Assembly (NCBI GenBank): GCA_963743915.1
Contig: CAVURN010000005.1
Coordinates: 128,001 to 192,000 of the forward strand
Direction: 5' to 3'
Origin: an uncultured Actinomycetota bacterium
GTDB taxonomy: Bacteria; Actinomycetota; Actinomycetes; JAHEKZ01
Length of the DNA stretch: 64,000 bases
Shown here: one piece after another, positions 1-10,041 of the stretch
Numbering within the stretch: position 1 is the first letter of the stretch
Layout of the letters: every line of letters begins with the position of its first letter
Made by a program: the position numbers and the translations under genes
The notes under the pieces: model-generated
Databases searched by the model: none
What the model saw: only the letters and a program-made list of their open reading frames with translations
Told to the model about the DNA's origin: nothing

Positions 1-74
1 GTGAGGTCGACGTTGTCCAGCGCGGCCACGGTGCCGTAACGCTTCGACACCCCGCGCAGCACGACGTCGGTCAC
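1..74 (-). CDS. ABC transporter ATP-binding subunit (FbpC-like), 5' part only, runs off window
   Basis: Manual translation MTDVVLRGVSKRYGTVAALDNVDL is a typical ABC ATPase N-terminus; its GTG overlaps the permease stop (GTGA). Confidence 0.8.
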   Translation of the reverse strand, partial: MTDVVLRGVSKRYGTVAALDNVDL

Positions 75-1636
75 AGCTCCTCCTCGACCTGGTCCACAGC
101 CCGGGCGATCCAGAAGGCCGGTACGGCGGCCAGGACCACCAGGGCCGCCGCGAAGGGGGCCGCTGCCGAGTACGCGGCGACCGAGGTTCGCCCCCACAGC
201 TCCGTTGCGAGCGTCTCGACCCCCGTGGGACGCAGGATGAGGGTGGCCGGCAGCTCTTTCATCGCCGAGAGGAGAACGAGCAGGGCCCCCGCGAGCACAC
301 CTGGCGCCGCCAGCGGCAGGGTCACACTCCGCATCGCGCCCCAGCCGCTGCGTCCCAGCGACCGCGCCACGTCGTCGAGGGCCGGCGGTGCGGACGCGAC
401 CGCCGTGCGCGTCGCCCCGATGGCCTTCGGCAGGAAGAGGACGGCGTAGGCGACGACCACGAGAAGGACGGTCTGATACAGCTGCGGTGCTGCCGCCAGC
501 GCGAAGAAGACCAGTCCGAGCCCGACGACGATTCCCGGTAGCGCGTGACCGGCGTACGACAGCTGTTCCACGACATGCGCGGGGCGTCCGGGGAACCGCG
601 CGAGCAGAATGCCGACGGGAACGGCCAGGGCGACGGTCAGCACCGCGCCGAGCAGAGACATCGACACGGTGTTGCCGATCGCAGCGGTCAGCTCACCGAG
701 GTCCACCCCGCTGCGTCGACCGATGATGGTGGAGTGCGCCAGGGAGAGAGCCGGAACCCCGACTCCGAGCAGGCCCAGCAGCGCCAGCCAACCGTAGGCC
801 AGGGGCGTCCAGCGCCCGAGGGAGATCCCCGCGGGGGTACGGGGCGCGCCCCCACCCACCCGGTGACGACGGGAGCGCCCGCGCAGACGCTGCTCGCCGG
901 CGACCGCGATGACCGTGAGCACGACCAGCAAGAGGGCGAGAGTGGCGGTGGCGCTTCGGTCAAAACTGGCGCGATAGGTGGCGTACAACGCTCGGGTGAG
1001 TGTCTCGTAACGCAGGATCGAGACCGCCCCGAAGTCGAACAGCACGTAGAGGAACGCCAGGAGCGCGCCGGCCGACGCCGCCGGCAACGCCTGCGGGACC
1101 GTCACTCGCGAGGCCGTGCGCCATGGCCCGAGACCAAGCCCCCGCGCGACCTCCTCGTGCGTGCGATCCCCGCGTCGGAATGCAGCCGCTGTCGGCAGGA
1201 TCACCAGCGGCACGGTGGACAGGGTGAGCACCAGCCAGGCTCCGAAGAGCCCCGACAGGTGCAACGGGCCGGAGACCCACACGAAGGCAGCGACGTAGGA
1301 GGGGACAGCAAGGGGCAGGGTGACGACCGTCGCCCATCCGGCTCGCCATCGCAGGCCGGCACGGGTGATCAGCCAGGCCGTCGGCACTCCTGCGAGCAGC
1401 ACTGCGGCCGTGACGAGTCCCCCGAGGAGCAACGTGTTTGCCACCAGGTCCCACGTCCGAGGGCGGGTCAGAACCTCGACCCATCCGTCGACTCCCGCCT
1501 CGGACGCCCGCGTCACGAGGTAGGCGACCGGGAGCAGGGCGAGAGCGACCGCCACCACCGCCGGTGCCACGAGCAGCAGCGGTGGGCGCCGTGCCCTCGA
1601 TGTGACCCTCGGCGCCGACGGTGCGGTTGTCGTCAC
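71..1636 (-). CDS. Fe3+ ABC transporter permease (FbpB/SfuB family)
   Basis: 521 aa, two fused permease halves with EAA-like loops (EEVARGLG, DDVARSLG), MKELPATLILRP motif. Confidence 0.9.
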   Translation of the reverse strand: MTTTAPSAPRVTSRARRPPLLLVAPAVVAVALALLPVAYLVTRASEAGVDGWVEVLTRPRTWDLVANTLLLGGLVTAAVLLAGVPTAWLITRAGLRWRAGWATVVTLPLAVPSYVAAFVWVSGPLHLSGLFGAWLVLTLSTVPLVILPTAAAFRRGDRTHEEVARGLGLGPWRTASRVTVPQALPAASAGALLAFLYVLFDFGAVSILRYETLTRALYATYRASFDRSATATLALLLVVLTVIAVAGEQRLRGRSRRHRVGGGAPRTPAGISLGRWTPLAYGWLALLGLLGVGVPALSLAHSTIIGRRSGVDLGELTAAIGNTVSMSLLGAVLTVALAVPVGILLARFPGRPAHVVEQLSYAGHALPGIVVGLGLVFFALAAAPQLYQTVLLVVVAYAVLFLPKAIGATRTAVASAPPALDDVARSLGRSGWGAMRSVTLPLAAPGVLAGALLVLLSAMKELPATLILRPTGVETLATELWGRTSVAAYSAAAPFAAALVVLAAVPAFWIARAVDQVEEEL

Positions 1637-1643
1637 GTGAGTC

Positions 1644-2673
1644 TCAGATCCACCCGGTCTCGGTGAGGAGTGCGAGCGTTCCCTCGAGGTCGGTCAGCTC
1701 GGACAGTGGCACGTCCGGGCCCTGCAGGGTGCGAAGCTTCGGCAGGCCGGGGTGCGCCTGGACACCAGCGACCAGTGGGTACTCCTGGGTCACGTCCACG
1801 AAGTACTCCTGGCTCTCCTCGGTCAGCAAGAACTCGACCAGCTCTGTCGCCAGCTCGCTGTCCTCGGCGGTCTCGAGGACACCGACCCCGGCAACGTTCA
1901 CCAACGACCCAGGGTCGCCTGACGCGAAGAAGCCGAGCTCCGCGGTCATGGCGTCCTCACCGACCTCGGCCGCCTTCTGGAACCAGTAGTAGTGGTTGAT
2001 CAACCCGAGGTCGATCTCGCCGCCGTCGACGGCGTCGAGGATGTAGGTGTTGGCCTCGTAGGCAACGGCGCCGTTGGCCTTGAGATCGATCAGCCACCGG
2101 CGTGTGGCGTCTTCGCCCGCGGAGACGCGCATCGCCGTGATGAACGCCTGGAACGAGGCATTGGTGGGGGCGATGGCCACACGATCGCGCCACATCGGGT
2201 CTGTGAGCTCGAAGACACTGTCCGGGAGCTCGCTGTCGCTGACCGCCCCCGGGTCGTAGGCGTAGACCCGGGCCCGTCCCGACGTTCCGATCCATCGACC
2301 GTCCGGGGCGCGGTACTCGGCGGGCACCGCATCGAGGACCGTGGGCGGCAGGTCGACGAGCAGGCCCTCGTCGTCGACCGCGCTCAGCGCGCCGGCGTCC
2401 TGGGCCCAGAACAGGTCCGCCGGGCTGGCGTCACCCTCCTCGAGCAGCTGCACCGCCAGCTCGGCCGTGTCGCCGTAGCGGACGCTCACCGTGGTCCCGG
2501 TTGCCTCCTCGAACTGATCCACGAGAGGACCTACTTGCTCCTCGGCACGGCCGGAGTAGACGACCAGGTCGGCGTCCTCGCCCCGAACCTCCCTCGGTCG
2601 TGCACGCAGCCAGAGCGGCCACGAGCGGCCCGGCGACGGCTACCACCGCAAGGGTTCGGACATTCAGACTCAT
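1644..2673 (-). CDS. Fe3+ ABC transporter substrate-binding lipoprotein (FbpA/FutA family), frameshifted near the 5' end
   Basis: Lipoprotein signal MSLNVRTLAVV...LAAC in one frame; body (PTNASFQAF, GLINHYYW iron-binding YY) in ORF 1644..2522; indels at about 2520-2590. Confidence 0.85.
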
Positions 2674-2705
2674 CGGGTCTCCCGGTGTCGCGAGCCCCGT
2701 CCGGC

Positions 2706-2739
2706 CCGACTTAGGCATACCTTACTTAGGGGACCCTAC
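2706..2739. promoter_or_regulatory. DtxR/IdeR(DmdR)-like iron box, tandem half-sites
   Basis: CCGACTTAGGCATACCTTA matches 13/19 positions of TWAGGTWAGSCTWACCTWA, followed by TTAGGGGACCCTAC; lies about 35-65 bp upstream of the iron transporter start. Confidence 0.7.
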
Positions 2740-4955
2740 CTTTCGACGCGGGCCTCGGCCGGCTCGACGAGCACCAGCCGCTGGGTGGGGCGGGTCATGG
2801 CCACGAAGAGGGCCCGTGCGCCATGGGAGCCCTCAGCCGCGATCGCGGCCGGGTCGACCACGACGACCCGGTCGAACTCCAGCCCCTTCGCCTGCTCGGC
2901 CGTCAGCACCACCAACGGACTCAGCAGGACGTCGTCGACCACCGGGATCCACGGCGCCAGAAGCTCCCTGACCGTCGGGTTCTCGCGCGCGGACGTGATG
3001 ACGGCGACCCTGCCCTCCCCGACCTGTTGCACCTCACTGGCGACCAGGGAGGTCAGATCCCCCGGATCGGCGAGCTCGACGCGGACCGGATCGTCACCCT
3101 CCCGGACGGAGGTGGGCGGGGTCGTCGGGTAGCCGGCCGCGTCGAGCATCGCGCATGCGTGCTCCATGACCCGTGCCGGCGTGCGGTAGTTGATGGTCAG
3201 GTCGCGGCGGGTCCAGGCGTCCCCGACGTGAGGGGACAACGCCTCGGCCCACGATCTCGACACCGCTGCCCCGGTCGCCTGTGCCATGTCACCCACCAGC
3301 GTGAACGACTTGCTCGGGCAACGGCGGATCAGCAGTCGCCACTGCATGGGGCTCAGCTCCTGCGCCTCGTCCACGATGACGTGGCCGTAGGACCAGGTGC
3401 GGTCACCGTAGGCGCGCTCAGCGACCGTGAACGAGGGACCCGTGGTCGCGAAGCGCTCAGCGAGCGCCTCTGCCGTCACGAGCTGACGGGCCCGACCTCC
3501 GATGGCCTCCAGCACCTCGCGGGCGTGGCGGACCTCCTCGGCGGCTGCGCGCTGCTCGCGGTGCGCCTCCGACGCCGAGGCCGCGTCGTCCTCACCCACG
3601 AGCTCTGCCACCTCGTCGAGGAGTGCGACGTCGGCTGCCGTCCAGCGTTCCTCGCGGCCGCGAAGCAGCAGTGCCCTGTCGTCGTTGCTCCATCCGGGCG
3701 TGGCGGCGAACAACCGCTCCGGGCTGGCGAACAGATCGGCCAGCACCTGCTCGGCGGCCAGCGGTGGCCAGGCGAGGTTGAGCTCGCGCCGGACGTCAAC
3801 GGCGTCGCGCAGGATCTCCTCGACGTACGAGCGGTCGACGGAGTCGGGGCTGTCGCCCGAAGCGTTCGCGTACAGGTCGATCAGGCTCTGCAGCATCGTG
3901 CGGACGAACGTGACCCGGGCTGCGTTGTGGGGTCGGCCGCCGCGTCGCGCGGTGTCGACTGCAGAACGTACGACGCGAGGGCGCAGCGGCAGCGTCAGGC
4001 TGCCGACCCGCAGCCGGCGTTCCTCCTGCGGTACCCGCACGCGCTGCCTCACCGCCCGCTCGAGGAGTTCGACCATGCGCAGGGAACCCTTCAGGGCTGC
4101 CGCTTGGTCGTCTTCCGAACCCGTGGCCTCGATTCCCGGGAAGAGCTGTGCAGGGGTGGCGGTCACGACGCCGGTCTCGCCCAGCGACGGCAGCACCTGC
4201 GAGATGTAGCGCAGGAACACCGGGCTGGGGCCGACCAGCAGGACGCCGCGCGACTCGAGGCGGTCCCGGTGGGTGTACAGCAGGTAGGCGGCACGGTGCA
4301 GGGCCACCGCCGTCTTGCCGGTTCCGGGTCCGCCCTGGACCACGAGCACTCCTTGCAGCGGGGCGCGCACGATCTCGTCCTGCTCGCTCTGGATCGTGGC
4401 GACGATGTCGCCCATCCGACCGGTGCGGTGCGCGTTGAGCGCCGCGAGCAGTGCGCCATCGGTGGTGAGCGTGGACGACTCTGAGGTGTGGGCCACCAGG
4501 TCGGGTCGCGCCTCGAAGGTGTCCAGGTCGAGCACGTCGTCGTAGATGGCCGTGACGCGTCGATGGTGTGTCTCCAGGTGGCGGCGGCGGACGACGCCCC
4601 CCGGGCGCAGGGAGGTGGCCTGGTAGAAGTCGCGGGCTGCCGGTGCACGCCAGTCGACGAGCAGCTGGGTCTGGTCGTCGTCGAAGAGGCCCAGACGTCC
4701 GATGTAGCGCGGTGCCCCGTCCACCATGTCGAGCCGTCCGAAACAGAGGCGCTCCTCGACCCCGTGCAGCTGGGTGAGCCGATCCTCGTACAGCGTCGCG
4801 AACGCGTCACGCTCCGACCGGGCCTGCGGGGTCCCACTCGCGCCCGCCCGACGCACCCGGCGCAGGTCGTCGTCGACGCGGGCCCGCAAGGCGTCCAGGC
4901 GTGCATACAGGACATCGACATGCTGCTGCTCAGCGTCGGTCTCGCTGATGCTCAC
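2736..4955 (-). CDS. helD: HelD-family RNA polymerase recycling helicase-like ATPase
   Basis: YIGRLGL, VDWRAPAA, DIVATIQSEQDEIVR, Walker A GGPGTGKT, VDEAQELS, KGLEFD motifs; 739 aa. Confidence 0.85.
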   Translation of the reverse strand: MSISETDAEQQHVDVLYARLDALRARVDDDLRRVRRAGASGTPQARSERDAFATLYEDRLTQLHGVEERLCFGRLDMVDGAPRYIGRLGLFDDDQTQLLVDWRAPAARDFYQATSLRPGGVVRRRHLETHHRRVTAIYDDVLDLDTFEARPDLVAHTSESSTLTTDGALLAALNAHRTGRMGDIVATIQSEQDEIVRAPLQGVLVVQGGPGTGKTAVALHRAAYLLYTHRDRLESRGVLLVGPSPVFLRYISQVLPSLGETGVVTATPAQLFPGIEATGSEDDQAAALKGSLRMVELLERAVRQRVRVPQEERRLRVGSLTLPLRPRVVRSAVDTARRGGRPHNAARVTFVRTMLQSLIDLYANASGDSPDSVDRSYVEEILRDAVDVRRELNLAWPPLAAEQVLADLFASPERLFAATPGWSNDDRALLLRGREERWTAADVALLDEVAELVGEDDAASASEAHREQRAAAEEVRHAREVLEAIGGRARQLVTAEALAERFATTGPSFTVAERAYGDRTWSYGHVIVDEAQELSPMQWRLLIRRCPSKSFTLVGDMAQATGAAVSRSWAEALSPHVGDAWTRRDLTINYRTPARVMEHACAMLDAAGYPTTPPTSVREGDDPVRVELADPGDLTSLVASEVQQVGEGRVAVITSARENPTVRELLAPWIPVVDDVLLSPLVVLTAEQAKGLEFDRVVVVDPAAIAAEGSHGARALFVAMTRPTQRLVLVEPAEARVER

Positions 4956-5025
4956 GGGCGTCCTTCGGTCGGTGTCCCGGGCAGGGGAACAGGAAAGCCT
5001 ATCGTTCGACCATCGAGCGCCCCGA

Positions 5026-5075
5026 TCCGAGTACGTCGAGGAGTGATGGCTCCGAGTACGTCGAGGAGTGATGGC
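5026..5075. repeat. Perfect 25-bp tandem duplication TCCGAGTACGTCGAGGAGTGATGGC x2
   Basis: Read directly: 5026-5050 and 5051-5075 are identical. Confidence 0.9.
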
Positions 5076-5189
5076 GAAGCGCGTCGATCGCAGGAATCAC
5101 ACTCGGCGACGTGGAGCGTCATCCGGCGCCGCACTCGACAAGCTGTGGCGTCCACCAGCCCCGCACTCGGCGAGCCCGGCGGCGCAGGC

Positions 5190-6104
5190 TCACCCGGCGT
5201 CGCCGGTGATCGGCGGCTGTCGACTGGCGAGGGTGACACCGGTGCTCGCCAGGCTCACCATCACCAACGCCACGACCTCGGGGGCACCGAGACTCTGGTC
5301 GAGGATGAGATACCCAGAGATCGCGGCAGCCGCGGGCTGAAGGCTCATCAGGACGCCGAACACTCGCGTGGGGATCCGCCGAAGCGCGGTCAGCTCGAGG
5401 CCGTACGGGATGATCGTCGACATCAGCGCGACGGTCGAGACGCCGATGAGCAGGGACGGCTGATCGAGGACGGCCCCGGCCTGGCCGACTCCGAGCGGAG
5501 CGACGAGCAGTGCCGAGAACGCCAACGCGAGCGCCAGCCCGTCGACGCCGGGAAGCAGGCGGCCCACGCGGGCACTGGACAGGATGTATCCAGCCCAGAA
5601 CAGCCCTGCAGTGAAGGCGAGCACCAGGCCCAGAGGCTCGATCTCTCCCCCAGCCGCCTGAGCACCCAACAGGGCGACGCCACCACCGGCCAGCACGACC
5701 CACACCAGGTCGACCAGGCGTCTGGTCTGCACCAACGCCAACAGCAGCGGCCCCATGAACTCGACAGTGACCGCCACCCCCAGCGGAACGAGGTCGAGCG
5801 AGCTGTAGAAGACGAGGTTCATGCCCGCGAGGGCAGCACCCAGCAGCGCCGCCGCTCCCCACTGCCGACGCGTCCATGACCGGACGGGCGGACGGAGCAC
5901 GAGCAGCAGCACCGCAGCCGCGATGACGAGCCTGAGCCAGGCCGTGCCCGCCACTCCGAGATCGTCGAAGAGGGTGCGCGCGATGGCAGCGCCGGTCTGC
6001 ACACAGGCAATGGCCGTGACGACGAGGACCGGCGCGGGGACGCGATCGGTCACCGAGCGCTTCGTCGACACTCGCGTCACTTTACGCAGCCGGTGGGACA
6101 CCAT
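5190..6104 (-). CDS. EamA/DMT family exporter (RhtA-like); true start may be a few codons downstream
   Basis: About 10 hydrophobic segments; VPLGVAVTVEFMGPL, PYGLELTALRRIP, FGVLMSLQPAAAA motifs of RhtA. Confidence 0.85.
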   Translation of the reverse strand: MVSHRLRKVTRVSTKRSVTDRVPAPVLVVTAIACVQTGAAIARTLFDDLGVAGTAWLRLVIAAAVLLLVLRPPVRSWTRRQWGAAALLGAALAGMNLVFYSSLDLVPLGVAVTVEFMGPLLLALVQTRRLVDLVWVVLAGGGVALLGAQAAGGEIEPLGLVLAFTAGLFWAGYILSSARVGRLLPGVDGLALALAFSALLVAPLGVGQAGAVLDQPSLLIGVSTVALMSTIIPYGLELTALRRIPTRVFGVLMSLQPAAAAISGYLILDQSLGAPEVVALVMVSLASTGVTLASRQPPITGDAG

Positions 6105-6209
6105 GTTTCAGTTGTCGCTCGGGTGCACCGCAGGTGCAGGACCTCTGGTGGGATGCCAGTCGACAGCACGTCCGGCAGCTCATCTCCCCTCTCCCACCAG
6201 GAGCCACGC

Positions 6210-7514
6210 GTGACCACTCCCCCCTCGACCGCCCTGGTGGTCGGCGCCGGAATCATCGGCTGCTCGATCGCCCTCGAGCTCGCGCGCCGAGGGTGGCAGG
6301 TCACCGTGCTCGACAAGGGTTCGACGCCCGGGTGCGGGTCCACCAGCGCGTCCTCGGCGATGGTGCGGTTCAACTACGACAGCCTCCAGGAGACCGTGCT
6401 CGCGTGGGAGTCCCACGCGCGCTGGAACGACTGGGCCGGTCATCTCGGGGTCGTCGACCCGGCAGGGATGGCGACGTACGTCAAAACCGGGCTGCTCGTG
6501 CTGGACGGAGAGCTGCTGGACCGCCAGCTCGAGCTGGGCTTCATGGAGACTCTCGGCATCCCCTACGAGACCGTCGACGCGGACGAGATCCGGCGACGGT
6601 TCCCCGCGCTCGACCCGTCACGCCTCGGCCCCGCGTGCCGGGTCGAGGACGAGCACTTCTGGGACGACCCGACCGGCGAGATCGGCGGCTTCGTCCAGCC
6701 CGACTCCGGTTTCGTCAACGACGCGACCTTGGCGGCGCACAACCTGGCCCACGCTGCCGAGCACTTCGACGCCACTTTCCGCTGGCGGTCCACCGTGGTC
6801 GACGTCGTGCGTGACGAGGCCAGGGTTGCCGGCGTCCGCCTGGACGACGGCTCCGAGCTGCGCGCCTCCGTCGTCGTGAATGCCGCGGGTCCGTGGTCGG
6901 TGGCACTCAACACGATGGCGGGCGTGCTCGACGACTTCAGCACCTCGACCCGCGCCACCGAGCAGGAGGTCATCTCGGTACCGGCTCCTGCCGGGTTCGG
7001 GCTGGACGACGGTGGCACCGGCGTCCACGACCCCGACTTCGGCACCTACTTCCGGCCGCACCCCGGGGGGACCATCATCGTCGGCAGCTTCGAGGCACCG
7101 TGCGACCCGTTGATCCTCGTCGACGATGCCGACGAGGTCCGCTCGGCACCGTCGTCGGAGAACTGGGAGGTGCAGAGCCTCCGGCTCGCCCGTCGGCTCC
7201 CCGAGCTCCAGGTGCCGAGCCAGAAGTCGGGCATCGTGAGCGCCTACGACATCACCGACGACTGGATCCCGATCTACGACCGCACCTCGCTGCCGGGCTA
7301 CTACGTCGCTATCGGGACGAGCGGACACCAGTTCAAGGCTGCACCCTTCGTGGGGGTTGCCATGGCCACTCTTGTCGAGGCCGTCGAAGGTGGTCACGAC
7401 CACGACGCCGATCCGGTCGTCGTGCACGGTGAGTACACCGGCGTCGACCTCGAGCTCGGATTCTTCGCGCGACACCGGGAGGTCCACCTCCACCGCCAGC
7501 TGGATGCTTCGTGA
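6210..7514 (+). CDS. FAD-dependent oxidoreductase, DAO/sarcosine-oxidase beta-like
   Basis: VVGAGIIG FAD motif, VVNAAGPWS, YDITDDWIPIYD, GTSGHQFK; AGGAG RBS before GTG 6210. Confidence 0.85.
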   Translation: MTTPPSTALVVGAGIIGCSIALELARRGWQVTVLDKGSTPGCGSTSASSAMVRFNYDSLQETVLAWESHARWNDWAGHLGVVDPAGMATYVKTGLLVLDGELLDRQLELGFMETLGIPYETVDADEIRRRFPALDPSRLGPACRVEDEHFWDDPTGEIGGFVQPDSGFVNDATLAAHNLAHAAEHFDATFRWRSTVVDVVRDEARVAGVRLDDGSELRASVVVNAAGPWSVALNTMAGVLDDFSTSTRATEQEVISVPAPAGFGLDDGGTGVHDPDFGTYFRPHPGGTIIVGSFEAPCDPLILVDDADEVRSAPSSENWEVQSLRLARRLPELQVPSQKSGIVSAYDITDDWIPIYDRTSLPGYYVAIGTSGHQFKAAPFVGVAMATLVEAVEGGHDHDADPVVVHGEYTGVDLELGFFARHREVHLHRQLDAS

Positions 7515-9946
7515 AGGACCAGTACCAGGTCGTCGTCATCGGCGGCGGCATCGTCGGCTGCAGCGTCCTGTACCACCTGACCCTGCGCGGGCTCACCGAC
7601 GTCGCACTGCTCGAGCGTGGCGAGCTCACCGCAGGCTCCAGCTGGCACGCGGCCGGCGGGTTCCATGCCATCAACTCCGACCCGGTGATCGCGCGGCTGC
7701 AGGCCTACACCATCGGCATGTACCGGACCGTCGAGGAGGAGAGCGGGCAGAGCGCCGGCCTGCACCTCACCGGCGGCATCGAGCTGGCCGGGACGCCGGA
7801 ACGCGCGGAGTGGCTGAAGGCCGAGCTCGCCTGGCACCGGTACATGGGCAACGACGGCGCGCGGCTGATGACGCCGCAGGAGGCCGCCGAACAGGTTCCG
7901 ATCATCGACCCCGCCGGTCTCACCGGGGCGCTGTTCGACCCGCACGAGGGCCACCTCGACCCGCACGGGGCGACCCATGCCTACGCCGGTGCCGCCCGGA
8001 AGCGTGGTGCCGACGTGATCCAGCACACGCGCGTCCTGTCCATCTCACAGCGCGCCGACGGCGGGTGGCTGTTGGAGACCGAGCAGGGGGCGGTGGTCGC
8101 AGAGCATGTGGTGAACGCCGGCGGCCTCTGGGCCCGACAGGTGGGGCGCATGGTGGGGATCGAGCTGCCACTCATCCCGATGCAGCACCACTACCTGGTC
8201 ACCGAGGACGTGCCGGAAGTCGCCGCCCTCAGCGGCGTGATGCCGGCAGTCACCGACCTCGAGGGATTCACCTACCTGCAGCGCGAGCACGACGGGGTGC
8301 TGCTCGGTGTCTACGAGACCCATCCCCGTCACTGGCTGGCCGACGGTCCCGGGTGGGACTACGGCATGGAGCTGATCCCTGAGGAGATCGACCGCATCTC
8401 ACCGGAGCTGTCCATCGGGTTCGAGCGGTTCCCCGCACTGCAACGCGTGGGGATCAAGCGATGGGTGAACGGTGGCATCACGTTCACCCCGGACGGCAAC
8501 CCGCTGGTGGGCCCGGTGCCCGGACGCCACAACTTCTGGTCAGCCTGCGGCGTCATGGCGGGGTTCTCGCAGGGCGCCGGGATCGGGCTGGCGCTCGCCA
8601 ACTGGATCGTCGACGGAGACCCCGGAGACGACGTCTTCGGCATGGACCTCACGCGGTTCGGTCCCTACGCGACCGACGACGCATACCTGCGGTCCACCAC
8701 CGCGCAGTTCTATGCGCGGCGCTTCCTCATCGCCTACCCGAACGAGGAGCTCCCCGCAGGACGGCCCCTGAAGACGTCCCCGGTCCACCCCGATCTGGTG
8801 GAGGCCGGCGCCCACTTCAGCGTCGTCCACGGACTCGAGGTCGCCCAGTACTTCGCCCCGAGCCGTGACTTCGAGGAGATCCTGACCTGGCGCCGCTCGA
8901 ACGCGCATCCGATCGTCGGTGAGGAAGTGGCGGCCACGCGCACCGCTGCCGGTCTCTACGAGACCACCGCGTACGCGCGGTACGAGGTCACCGGCCCCGG
9001 TGCCGCCCAGTGGCTCGACCACCTGATGGCGTCGAGCCTCCCGATGGTGGGCCGGATCAAGCTCGCGCCGATGCTCAACGCACGCGGCCACCTGATGGGT
9101 GACCTGACGGTGAGCCGGCTCGCCGAGGAGCGCTTCTGGATCACCGGCTCGTACTACCTGCAGGAGTGGCACCAACGGTGGTTCGCCGAGCACCTGCCCT
9201 CCGACGGCAGCGTCCATCTCGCGAACCTCTGTGACGACTGGTGCGGGTTCTCGCTGTCCGGCCCATCGTCGCGAGACATCCTGGCCCAGCTCGTCGCGAT
9301 CGACCTCGACCATGCATCCGTACCGTTCCTGTCGGTCCGCGAGGCGACGGTGGCCGGCACCGACGCGGTACTCGGTCGCATCTCGCTCACCGGCGAGCTG
9401 GGATACGAGATCACCGTGCCCGCCGCCCAGCAAAGGGCGCTGCTCGCGGCCCTCCGTGAAGTGGGCGAGCCCCTCGGCATGCGCCTGATCGGGGATCGCG
9501 CCATCGACAGCCTGCGGCTCGAGAAGGGCTACGGCATCTGGTCGACGGAGTTCACCCAGGCCTACACCCCTGCGATGTCGGGTCTGGACCGGTTCGTCGA
9601 CTTCGACAAGCCGGACTTCATCGGTCGTGGGGCTGTGCTCGCCGCGCGCGAGTCCGAGCCGGCGCGTCGACTGGCCCTGCTGGCCATCGACTCGAGCGAC
9701 GCCGACGCCTCCGGCGACGAAGGGATCTGGCGCGAGGGTCGCCTGGTCGGGTTCACGACCTCCGGGGCCTACGGCCACCACGTGGGAGCGAGCCTGGCCC
9801 TCGGGTACGTCGACACGCAGCTGGTCGACGCCACCTCAGCCGGCACAGGGACTGACCTGGTCGTGGACGTCGTGGGAGAACCCCGTCCGGCGCGCATTCT
9901 GCCGGTGCCGCCCTTCGACCCGACCGGCGCTCGCCTGCGGTCCTGA
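7511..9946 (+). CDS. GcvT-family FAD-dependent N-demethylase (dimethylglycine/sarcosine dehydrogenase-like)
   Basis: GGGIVG, GSSWHAAG (covalent FAD His), FTPDGNP, C-terminal GCV_T domain (TGELGYEI, SLRLEKGY); 811 aa. Confidence 0.9.
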   Translation: MKDQYQVVVIGGGIVGCSVLYHLTLRGLTDVALLERGELTAGSSWHAAGGFHAINSDPVIARLQAYTIGMYRTVEEESGQSAGLHLTGGIELAGTPERAEWLKAELAWHRYMGNDGARLMTPQEAAEQVPIIDPAGLTGALFDPHEGHLDPHGATHAYAGAARKRGADVIQHTRVLSISQRADGGWLLETEQGAVVAEHVVNAGGLWARQVGRMVGIELPLIPMQHHYLVTEDVPEVAALSGVMPAVTDLEGFTYLQREHDGVLLGVYETHPRHWLADGPGWDYGMELIPEEIDRISPELSIGFERFPALQRVGIKRWVNGGITFTPDGNPLVGPVPGRHNFWSACGVMAGFSQGAGIGLALANWIVDGDPGDDVFGMDLTRFGPYATDDAYLRSTTAQFYARRFLIAYPNEELPAGRPLKTSPVHPDLVEAGAHFSVVHGLEVAQYFAPSRDFEEILTWRRSNAHPIVGEEVAATRTAAGLYETTAYARYEVTGPGAAQWLDHLMASSLPMVGRIKLAPMLNARGHLMGDLTVSRLAEERFWITGSYYLQEWHQRWFAEHLPSDGSVHLANLCDDWCGFSLSGPSSRDILAQLVAIDLDHASVPFLSVREATVAGTDAVLGRISLTGELGYEITVPAAQQRALLAALREVGEPLGMRLIGDRAIDSLRLEKGYGIWSTEFTQAYTPAMSGLDRFVDFDKPDFIGRGAVLAARESEPARRLALLAIDSSDADASGDEGIWREGRLVGFTTSGAYGHHVGASLALGYVDTQLVDATSAGTGTDLVVDVVGEPRPARILPVPPFDPTGARLRS

Positions 9947-9949
9947 GGC

Positions 9950-9986
9950 TCGCCGGGCATCATCCCGGGTGGGCGATGCCCGGCGA
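9950..9986 (+). terminator. Stem-loop after the GcvT gene
   Basis: TCGCCGGGCATC ... GATGCCCGGCGA 12-bp inverted repeat. Confidence 0.55.
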
Positions 9987-10041
9987 CCGGCGCGGGGTGT
10001 TGACTGTGATTAGTGCCTGACGTCGAACTGAGGGGGCCACC

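Noticed and set aside
4956-5100. Rifamycin-associated element (RAE) making this helR
   Set aside because: No GGGGCTTGCGGCAAGGCCC-like palindrome upstream
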